Assembly: GCA_046484135.1 (NCBI GenBank)
Contig: JAWOBU010000016.1
Span: 1-13,064 of the forward strand
DNA from: a bacterium
Lineage (GTDB): Bacteria > RBG-13-61-14 > DATKZS01
Reading direction: 5' to 3'
Length of the DNA: 13,064 nucleotides
In this document: piece after piece, positions 1-9,897 of the stretch
Position numbering within the stretch: position 1 is the stretch's first letter
Layout: each line of letters opens with the position of its first letter
Notes under the pieces: generated by a model
What the model was told of the DNA's origin: nothing
Databases searched by the model: none
What the model saw: only the letters and a program-made list of their open reading frames with translations
Position numbers and translations under genes: made by a program

Positions 1-1
1 G

Positions 2-118
2 TAACTGGGAAATATAAAAAGGTCCTTTCTGTTGGCCTTTAAGCGAAATATAATACTGATTTGTTGGAGGCGGTGGTGTTGTTTGCTGATTTTGGTTAAC
101 ATGCTTCAGTAGCTTTTT
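2..118 (-). other. Partial reading frame encoding a proline-rich linker plus the start of a GYF_2 (DUF4339)-like domain; runs off the window edge, no start codon
   Basis: Manual translation of the minus strand from 118 down: KKLLKHVNQNQQTTPPPPTNQYYISLKGQQKGPFYISQL. It resembles the GYF_2 pattern (W/Y)Y-x4-GQQ-x-GPF-x3-L. It is in a different frame from the 96..635 ORF and is preceded by an in-frame TGA (121-119). Confidence 0.45.
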
Positions 119-635
119 TCAAAGCAGGGTAATAATTTAAAGGATGATAATGAGATGAACGACTTTTTTCCAATTCACTGGAAGTATGGCAGTTTTCAAT
201 TTGATAATGAGGTCTTCCGAATGGAGCCATAAGAGGCTTGGAAGCCACAACGGTTTTTACCTCACCGGAATCGAGAAGATGCTTTAAAACAGCAGTCAAA
301 GCTCCTCCTGAAGAGCTTTTCAAGCGAGCCTCCAAATCATTGTCATAAGATATGTAATAAGAGAAGTCATCACCCAGACCGAACTTTTCTCCTTGACGGA
401 AAGTTTGCCTGGCATAGAAAGCCAACTTTGACGGAGTGTGGGGGCATGCCTTTATACAGATTCCGCAGTATGTGCATTTTTCCTTATCCACCTCAGGCTC
501 ATAAACCAGCTTTTCCGTCCATCTCATCGAAATCGCGTCTTCCGGACATGCCAGGGCACAAATCCCACAGCCTATACAGAGATTGTTTCTGCAAGTGGTG
601 TCATAAATCGTGTGTGGTTCAGACATTATTTTCAT
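96..635 (-). CDS. 2x[4Fe-4S] ferredoxin + coenzyme F420 hydrogenase/dehydrogenase beta-subunit (FrhB/FdhB) N-terminal domain protein, apparently C-terminally truncated
   Basis: Two CxxCxxCxxxCP motifs (CIGCGICALACP, CTYCGICIKACP), then the FrhB_N-type motif RLKSSSGGALTAVLKHLLDSGEV and SRSSHY (equivalent to the GSKY motif). It stops at 179 aa, before the expected VGxPC-containing C-terminal domain. Alternative ATG at 626. Confidence 0.8.
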   Translation of the reverse strand: MKIMSEPHTIYDTTCRNNLCIGCGICALACPEDAISMRWTEKLVYEPEVDKEKCTYCGICIKACPHTPSKLAFYARQTFRQGEKFGLGDDFSYYISYDNDLEARLKSSSGGALTAVLKHLLDSGEVKTVVASKPLMAPFGRPHYQIENCHTSSELEKSRSSHYHPLNYYPALKKATEAC

Positions 636-657
636 GATTATTAAACTATTAAGAAAC

Positions 658-683
658 GAGGCAATAATAATATGGATTGCCTC
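658..683. other. 8-bp perfect inverted repeat (hairpin or operator) between the methyltransferase and FrhB-like genes
   Basis: GAGGCAAT-aataatatgg-ATTGCCTC; on the minus-strand transcript it is followed by GTTTCTT. Function not established. Confidence 0.35.
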
Positions 684-773
684 TGAATCTTAGACCCATA
701 CCCGGCAAAGCCACGGCAACTTTTATCATTCGAACTATAGCAACCTTTTTGACCATATCTCGACCAGCGGCGG

Positions 774-1718
774 TCAACTCTCTCGCTTTAGAATAGCCAC
801 CAGGTGAGTCCCGCCTCTAACTCTACTCATCACTCGTTGACCTAGAAAATCGGATATTCTGGCGGAGAAGCTCGAATCGGATTTATAGTGAGGCGAAAAT
901 GCCGGATCTCCCAGAGTTCGAGTGAAGGTGGTGCACCAAATTCCCCTTTGGGAGGCCCACTGCCTTATCCCTTTCGGGGTGATCGCCCACAGGTGTCGAG
1001 GTGGATCCATCCCGTGCAGCATCCCCCCTGAAAGCACTATGTAAATGGTCCGCAGCTTGCTGAACTCGTTTGATTGCCGTATCGAACTAAGCCTTTTCCT
1101 CAAATTACTTCGAATGTAAGGTAAGTACTCGAGAGAATCGCCGTTAGGAAATTGAAGTAGAAAAATCCCGTGGGTGGTAAGATTATCAAAAACCCTCTCG
1201 ATGAACAAGGTTGGCTCGACCAGATGTTCGATCAGATGACGACATAAAATAAAGTCATATTTTTGCGTTGTGTACTCTCTGACATTTTCGGCATTACAGT
1301 TATACACTTGCTCCAATCCCAGCTCTTCCCGGGCAAACCGGCAGGAATAAGGATCGAGATCCACATAGGTCCCTTGGCCGTATCCGAGTTCTTCAAAAGC
1401 CTTTACAAAAAAGCCACCGCCTCCGCCTATATCAAGCATTCGGTAATCTTTTCCAGGGGTGATTCCGATTTGGAAAATGATCTTATTTACGGCCTCCTTG
1501 TAAATTCCCTGCCTGGAGGCGTCCAGGTTAGGCAAAAAGCCTTTATACATTTTCTCCAGGACACTGGAGTCAGGCATGGGATACACAAACCCGGTCCCAC
1601 ATCCGGAGCACTTGCATATCGGATACTCTCCCATATAATATATATGGCTCGCGAACTTGCCACAAAAATCACATTTTTTTTCTTCCGACGCTTTCGCCAA
1701 ACCTTTCTCCAATACCAT
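774..1718 (-). CDS. Class I SAM-dependent methyltransferase with N-terminal Zn-ribbon (polysaccharide-locus type)
   Basis: CDFC...CKCSGCG Zn-binding pair, SAM motif I LDIGGGGGFF, YDFILCRHLIEHLVEP, and DPPRHLW motif typical of Methyltransf_23-like enzymes; located downstream of wzm-wzt. Confidence 0.88.
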   Translation of the reverse strand: MVLEKGLAKASEEKKCDFCGKFASHIYYMGEYPICKCSGCGTGFVYPMPDSSVLEKMYKGFLPNLDASRQGIYKEAVNKIIFQIGITPGKDYRMLDIGGGGGFFVKAFEELGYGQGTYVDLDPYSCRFAREELGLEQVYNCNAENVREYTTQKYDFILCRHLIEHLVEPTLFIERVFDNLTTHGIFLLQFPNGDSLEYLPYIRSNLRKRLSSIRQSNEFSKLRTIYIVLSGGMLHGMDPPRHLWAITPKGIRQWASQRGIWCTTFTRTLGDPAFSPHYKSDSSFSARISDFLGQRVMSRVRGGTHLVAILKRES

Positions 1719-1875
1719 TTACGGTTCTCTTTGGGGACGAAACCAAAATCAGCGGAAAATTTTTCGTCAAGTTATAAGCCGGGCTAACTCAATAGTTTAC
1801 AAAACTTTGCATTGATACGATAACATATCCAACCTTGAAAATGTTTACCTTTTTTGTTTGCGCTGTTGAAGATTC

Positions 1876-3072
1876 TTAAGAGGATATCTTCCATTCAGCG
1901 TCCCAAATAATGTAAGCTCCACCGATGAATTCACCCTCTATCCGTATAACGGAGCACGACTTCATCCAGCACAAGTGTCTTATGTTTTGAGGATCGAAAA
2001 CAATAATGTTTAAGTAATACGTGCCCGGATTCAAACATAGTTCGGGGGACAATACTTCAATGTGCTTAACCGTGCCATTGTTTTTAATTATTACGTTGTT
2101 ATATAAAGAATGGCACTGGGCGACGATCTCGTGAAAGTGGCTGGAAAGGCTTATGGAAATGATATACTCTTCATAAATACGGTCAACCTCCACATCGAAG
2201 GAAATTAACATCTTTTCGCCGTACTGGAAAGACTGGGAAACTTCGTGGCTGCTTTTCTTTACCGCCAGGTTCGTAATCCGGGCCTCACCGGTGCCAATGA
2301 CTGAAGATTCTGGAGAAGGGAAAAATTCCTTGTATTTTAATATGCCTTTTTCAATTTTTCCGTTATGGACCACTTTCCCTTCGTCAAGCACCAAAACCCG
2401 GCTGCAAATACGAGACACAGCGGACAAATTGTGTGATACGAATATTATCCCCGCCTTTTCAAGAGTCTCTGAAATAAATTTGTAACATTTGCTCCTGAAA
2501 CCGGCGTCCCCCACCGCCAAAACCTCATCTATTAAAAGAACGTCAGGCTCCAAGTGTACCGCCACCGCAAAACCCAACCGCACATACATCCCCGAGCTGT
2601 AAAACTTCACCGGCGTGTCAATGAAGTCCTCCAACTCGGAAAACTCCACAATCGAATCGAATCTCTCATCAATCTCCTTTTTGGTAAGACCCAAAATGGC
2701 CCCGCTGATGTAAATGTTCTCCCGACCGGAAAGCATAGGGTGGAAACCCGCGCCCAGCTCGATCAGGGCGCCTGTCCTCCCCTTCACCTCGACGTTCCCC
2801 TTGTCCGGCAGGAAGATACCGTTCAGGAGCTTGAGCAACGTGCTTTTGCCCGACCCGTTGGCGCCGATGAGGCCCAGGCATTCGCCGCGCTTGAGCTCGA
2901 AGGAAACGTCCTGTAAGGCCCAGAACTCCGTCTTGCGGAGTTGGTCGCTTTTTACGGGAACGCCCGCGAAGTCGCGAATTATATCATACATGCCGTAGAG
3001 CATGGACTGCTTCATGGCCCGGCTGAACTTCTTGGAAAGGCCGTCAACGCGCACCAGCACATCGTCGCTCAT
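1876..3072 (-). CDS. wzt: Polysaccharide ABC transporter ATP-binding protein (Wzt/RfbB/TagH family) with C-terminal Wzt_C-like domain
   Basis: FWALQDVSFEL, Walker A GANGSGKST, LIELGAGFHP, signature YSSGM, Walker B LLIDE, H-loop VSH; about 150-aa beta-rich C-terminal extension (LNPGTYYLNI). ATGA overlap with wzm. Confidence 0.95.
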   Translation of the reverse strand: MSDDVLVRVDGLSKKFSRAMKQSMLYGMYDIIRDFAGVPVKSDQLRKTEFWALQDVSFELKRGECLGLIGANGSGKSTLLKLLNGIFLPDKGNVEVKGRTGALIELGAGFHPMLSGRENIYISGAILGLTKKEIDERFDSIVEFSELEDFIDTPVKFYSSGMYVRLGFAVAVHLEPDVLLIDEVLAVGDAGFRSKCYKFISETLEKAGIIFVSHNLSAVSRICSRVLVLDEGKVVHNGKIEKGILKYKEFFPSPESSVIGTGEARITNLAVKKSSHEVSQSFQYGEKMLISFDVEVDRIYEEYIISISLSSHFHEIVAQCHSLYNNVIIKNNGTVKHIEVLSPELCLNPGTYYLNIIVFDPQNIRHLCWMKSCSVIRIEGEFIGGAYIIWDAEWKISS

Positions 3073-3953
3073 CTGCCGCCCATCCTTTCAGCCATGCGCA
3101 TTTGAGCAAGGTAGAAGAACCTCCAGCCCACCACGAAGAGAAGCACCGCCAAAATACTCGCCCATGTAAATCCCCAGGGGTCGGAAAGCTCTCCCCTGAT
3201 CACCAGGTCGCGGGGACCGTTGACCAGCGGCGCCAGCGGGTTAAAACGGGTGAAAACGCGGAACACCTCTGTTTTAGGTTCGGGATACAAGACCGGGGTC
3301 AAAAACAGTAAAAAGGTAGTCAGGAGGTTGACCACGTTGGCCACGTCCCGCATGACCGCGTTTATAAGCGACAGGAAAAAACCCAGTCCCAGCGTAAACA
3401 ATATGACCGGCAACACTGCCAAAGGAAGGAGGACAGTGGTCCAGGCCGGGACCACCTGGTAATAGGCGAAAGCCAGGACCACCAGCGCCGCCCTCACCAT
3501 TGTCTCCACAAAAGTCTGTCCCAGAGAAGAGACCACCAGGGCCTCGCGGGGGAACTTTATCTTGGCCACCATGGTGCCGGCCTTTACTATCGAGTTGCTG
3601 CAGTTAACAATGCCGCCCGCGAATATCTGCCAGAAAGTAAGGCCAACAAGCGCGTAGGCCGGATAGGGAATCTCTATCTCGCCGATGTTAAGCACGCCCG
3701 AGCTGTTCAAAAATATGAAAGTTCCCACCACGACCAGGGGCATAATGACGGCCCACAAAACCCCCAGCAACGTCTGACGATAGCGCGCCGCAAAGTCGCG
3801 GACAAAAAGGCGCCAGACAAGCTCGTGACTGGAAAAAAGCTCGCCCGCCATGGTGGACCAGCGCTTAATCTCCTCGCTCGACCGAATCTGCCGGCCTGAT
3901 CCGCCGCCTTCATTGAAGCTTTCGTTGGAAGAGCTGTTTGAAATATCAATCAT
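3069..3953 (-). CDS. wzm: Polysaccharide ABC transporter permease (Wzm/RfbA, ABC-2 type)
   Basis: RDFAARYRQTLLGVLWAVIMPL, KIKFPREAL, RDV, TPVLYP and NPLAPLV motifs, about six hydrophobic segments; 4-bp overlap with wzt. Exact start uncertain because no clear RBS is visible. Confidence 0.95.
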   Translation of the reverse strand: MIDISNSSSNESFNEGGGSGRQIRSSEEIKRWSTMAGELFSSHELVWRLFVRDFAARYRQTLLGVLWAVIMPLVVVGTFIFLNSSGVLNIGEIEIPYPAYALVGLTFWQIFAGGIVNCSNSIVKAGTMVAKIKFPREALVVSSLGQTFVETMVRAALVVLAFAYYQVVPAWTTVLLPLAVLPVILFTLGLGFFLSLINAVMRDVANVVNLLTTFLLFLTPVLYPEPKTEVFRVFTRFNPLAPLVNGPRDLVIRGELSDPWGFTWASILAVLLFVVGWRFFYLAQMRMAERMGGR

Positions 3954-4058
3954 GGCTCAGGAGGTTCCCCATGACAAAAAGGTTAAAACGGCGCTCCGAA
4001 AGCCGGGGAAAGCCGCTGGTGTAAAGCTTCGACCCTTTACCTCAATGCTTACCGGGCT

Positions 4059-4087
4059 ATGATAAAACACAATCTTCTTTAAAGCAA
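4059..4087 (-). promoter_or_regulatory. Putative sigma70 promoter for wzm-wzt
   Basis: Minus strand TTGCTT (4087-4082), 17-bp spacer, TATCAT (4064-4059); about 100 nt upstream of the wzm ATG. Confidence 0.5.
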
Positions 4088-4115
4088 CAGTTTATGCCTG
4101 CGTTATCAGCACAAT

Positions 4116-4144
4116 TTGCATGAGCTGTGCTATTTTATTAAAAT
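4116..4144 (+). promoter_or_regulatory. Putative sigma70 promoter for the argG-aminotransferase-serA-purA cluster
   Basis: TTGCAT (4116-4121), 17-bp spacer, TAAAAT (4139-4144); RBS GGAGG at 4158-4162 before the ATG at 4169. Confidence 0.6.
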
Positions 4145-4168
4145 ACTATATTTTGGTGGAGGTAATAG

Positions 4169-5443
4169 ATGCCGAAGCGCAAAAAGGTGGTGCTCGCTTA
4201 CTCGGGCGGGCTTGATACGTCGGTCATACTTCGGTGGCTTATCGAGGAGTACCATGCCTCGGTGATTGCGGTGGCGGTGGACCTGGGCCAGTCCGAGGAC
4301 ATGGAAGCGGTGCGGAAGAAGGCCCTGGACACGGGTGCCTCGAAGTCGCTGGTGGTGGACGCCCGGGAGGAGTTCGTGCGGGACTTTATCTTTCCGGCCC
4401 TGCAGGCCAACGCCCGGTACGAGGACGTCTACCTTATGGGCACTTCCCTGGCCCGGCCGGTTATAGCGAAGCACCTGGTCGAGGTCGCGGAAAAGGAAGG
4501 CGCGGGCTACGTCTCCCACGGGGCCACCGGCAAGGGTAACGACCAGGTTCGGTTCGAGCTTACGGTGGCCGCCCTGGCGCCGGAGCTCGGGATCATAGCT
4601 CCGTGGCGGGACCCTGCTTTCAGCTTCAGCTCCAGGAAGGAGATGATGGAGTACGCCAAGCAGCACGGCATAGAGGTCCCGGTAACCCAGGACAAGCCCT
4701 ACAGCTCGGACGCCAACCTCATGCACGTGAGCTATGAAGGCGGCATACTGGAGGACCCCTGGCGCGCTTACGACGAGGACATGTTCCAGATGACGGTCTC
4801 TCCCGAGGAGGCGCCGGACGAGAGGGAGGAGCTCCTGGTCGAGTTCGACCAAGGGGTCCCGGTAAAGCTGGGCAACAAGAAGTTAAAACCTGCGGCCCTT
4901 CTTGCCGAGGCCAACCGGATCGGGGGCCGGCACGGGATCGGCAGGGTGGACATGGTCGAGAACCGGTTCGTGGGCATCAAGTCGAGGGGGGTATACGAGA
5001 CCCCCGGGCTCACTGTACTGCACGCCGCCCACCGGGCGGTCGAGTCCATTACCGTGGACCGCGAGGCCATGCACTTGAAGGACTCCCTTATGCCCCGCTA
5101 CGCCGAGCTCGTGTACAACGGTTTCTGGTACGCGCCCGAGCGGGAGAGCATCCAGGCCATGGTGGACAAGACCCAGGAGGTCGTAACCGGCACCGCCCGG
5201 CTTTCGCTCTACAAGGGCAACTGCATGGTGACCGGCCGCAGGTCCGAGCTGAGCCTCTACAACGAGGCGCTGGTAAGCTTCGACCAGGCGGGCGGGTACG
5301 ACCAGGCAGACGCCACCGGCTTCATCCGGATCAACGCCTTGCGACTGAAAACCCGGACCAGGAGGGACCGGGCCTCTCAAAGCCCGAAAAAAAGCGGAAA
5401 AAACAGGAGCGGCAAGTCCGGCACCGGCAAGGCGCGGGGCTGA
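4169..5443 (+). CDS. argG: Argininosuccinate synthase
   Basis: [15 protein letters not shown]-loop, [44 protein letters not shown]; strong RBS. Confidence 0.98.
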   Translation: MPKRKKVVLAYSGGLDTSVILRWLIEEYHASVIAVAVDLGQSEDMEAVRKKALDTGASKSLVVDAREEFVRDFIFPALQANARYEDVYLMGTSLARPVIAKHLVEVAEKEGAGYVSHGATGKGNDQVRFELTVAALAPELGIIAPWRDPAFSFSSRKEMMEYAKQHGIEVPVTQDKPYSSDANLMHVSYEGGILEDPWRAYDEDMFQMTVSPEEAPDEREELLVEFDQGVPVKLGNKKLKPAALLAEANRIGGRHGIGRVDMVENRFVGIKSRGVYETPGLTVLHAAHRAVESITVDREAMHLKDSLMPRYAELVYNGFWYAPERESIQAMVDKTQEVVTGTARLSLYKGNCMVTGRRSELSLYNEALVSFDQAGGYDQADATGFIRINALRLKTRTRRDRASQSPKKSGKNRSGKSGTGKARG

Positions 5444-5534
5444 GCTTTCCATGAATCGGCAAGCGAAGCCCGAAGAGCGTCCGCAGAGAGTGTATTAACG
5501 TAAATAAAAACCAGGATAAAAGGAGTGATCGTTC

Positions 5535-6665
5535 ATGAAGAAGAAGTATCTGATGACGCCGGGACCGACCCCGGTATCGAACAAGGCCTTGACAGCCATG
5601 GCGGAACCCATCATCCACCACCGGCACCCGGAGTTCCAGGGCATCCTGGAAGAGGTCCGCGCCGGCTTGAAGGAGCTTTTCCAGACCGAGCAGGAGGTCC
5701 TTCTCCTGGCCAGCTCCGGCACCGGGGCCATGGAAGGCTCGGTGGTGAACACGCTCAGAAAGGGCGACCGGGTAGTGGTGATCCGGGGCGGTAAATTCGG
5801 CGAGAGATGGGCCGAGATCAGCGAGGCCTACGGACTGGAAGTAGACAACATAGACGTTCCGTGGGGCCAGGCGGTTGACCCGGCCGAGGTAGAGAAGAAG
5901 CTCGAGAAGCCGGCCCGCGCGGTCATGGTCCAGTACACCGAGACCTCGACAGGGGTCTCTCACCCGGTGAAGAAGCTGGCGGAGCTGACCCGCGGCACGG
6001 ACACCCTGCTGTTCGTGGACGGCATAACCGGCGTGGGGGTCTCGCCCATCCCGTTTGACCAGTGGGGAATAGACGTGCTGGTTACCGGCAGCCAGAAGGC
6101 GCTCATGCTGCCGCCCGGCCTCGGTTTCGCCTGCCTGTCCGACAAGGCCTGGAAAGCGACGGAGAGCTCGGACCTGCCCAAGTTCTACTTTGACTTCCCG
6201 AAGGAGCACAAGAAGATCAAGGAGAACAGCACTAACTATACTCCGGCCATCACCCTTATCATAGGGATGCGGGAGGTACTCCGCGAGTTCCGCGAGGTTG
6301 GCTTCGAAAACGTGTACCAGGAGAACGCGGCCATGGCCCGGGCCACCCGGGCGGCGGCAGTGGCGCTCGGTCTCGAGCTCTTTGCGCCGGACGCGCCTTC
6401 CGACGCCCTGACCGCGATCAAGGCCCCTGCCGGAGTGGACGGCCAGGACATAGTAAAGACCATGCGGGACGAGATGGGTATCGCCATTGCAGGCGGCCAG
6501 GCCGAGGCCAAGGGCAAGATTTTCCGGATCGCCCACATGGGGTTCATAAGCAAGTGGGACCTTCTTGCCACCATCGGCGCCCTGGAGAAGACCCTGTCCA
6601 AGCTGGGACACTCATTTACGCCGGGAGCGGGGACCTCGGCGCTTATCTCCGAGCTTGAAATCTAA
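5535..6665 (+). CDS. Class V PLP-dependent aminotransferase (alanine-glyoxylate/serine-pyruvate family; probable phosphoserine aminotransferase role)
   Basis: LMTPGPT, SSGTGAMEG, GKFGERW, TETSTGV, PLP lysine in GSQKALMLPPGL, FRIAHMG; RBS AAGGAG near 5520; directly upstream of serA. Confidence 0.93.
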   Translation: MKKKYLMTPGPTPVSNKALTAMAEPIIHHRHPEFQGILEEVRAGLKELFQTEQEVLLLASSGTGAMEGSVVNTLRKGDRVVVIRGGKFGERWAEISEAYGLEVDNIDVPWGQAVDPAEVEKKLEKPARAVMVQYTETSTGVSHPVKKLAELTRGTDTLLFVDGITGVGVSPIPFDQWGIDVLVTGSQKALMLPPGLGFACLSDKAWKATESSDLPKFYFDFPKEHKKIKENSTNYTPAITLIIGMREVLREFREVGFENVYQENAAMARATRAAAVALGLELFAPDAPSDALTAIKAPAGVDGQDIVKTMRDEMGIAIAGGQAEAKGKIFRIAHMGFISKWDLLATIGALEKTLSKLGHSFTPGAGTSALISELEI

Positions 6666-6679
6666 AAGGTGAAGGTATC

Positions 6680-9665
<2,986 letters not shown>

Positions 9666-9740
9666 ATAACGCTTCAGATCTTTCCGCCCACCGCTCTTTA
9701 GATATGATCGGTACTGAAATAACTTTCCGGGAGGAATGGC

Positions 9741-9869
9741 ATGAGAAGGCTCGTGCTTTATTCTCTTCTCATATCCGTTACTTTTCTGCCCCTTGCTTTT
9801 CTTTCCACCGGCTGTACGGAAAAGGAGAAACTCCAGAAGCCCCGGAAAAGAAAAAGTGTAGCCAGATGA
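9741..9869 (+). CDS. Small lipoprotein-like ORF (42 aa), possibly a frameshifted or truncated remnant
   Basis: Manual translation MRRLVLYSLLISVTFLPLAFLSTGCTEKEKLQKPRKRKSVAR*: basic N-terminus, hydrophobic core, lipobox-like STG|C; RBS GGGAGGA at 9729-9735. Not in the ORF track. Confidence 0.55.
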   Translation: MRRLVLYSLLISVTFLPLAFLSTGCTEKEKLQKPRKRKSVAR

Positions 9870-9897
9870 AAAAGGGCGAGGTGGTGGAGTAAGTCCC

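Noticed and set aside
95..115. Possible IS terminal inverted repeat at the FrhB-like truncation point
   Set aside because: No transposase, matching partner end or target duplication is visible, and the adjacent sequence reads better as a GYF_2-like coding fragment.
1263..1787. 174-aa plus-strand ORF opposite the methyltransferase
   Set aside because: Antisense to a motif-bearing gene, TTG start, no recognisable domain.
4108..4135. ArgR (ARG) box upstream of argG
   Set aside because: Only a TGCAT half-site; the second half does not fit the TGAAT-N4-ATTCA-type consensus and there is no tandem box.
4130..6611. Long antisense ORFs (4130..4852, 4883..5452, 5331..6611)
   Set aside because: They lie opposite well-conserved argG and the aminotransferase, show no recognisable motifs, and are expected shadow ORFs in GC-rich coding DNA.
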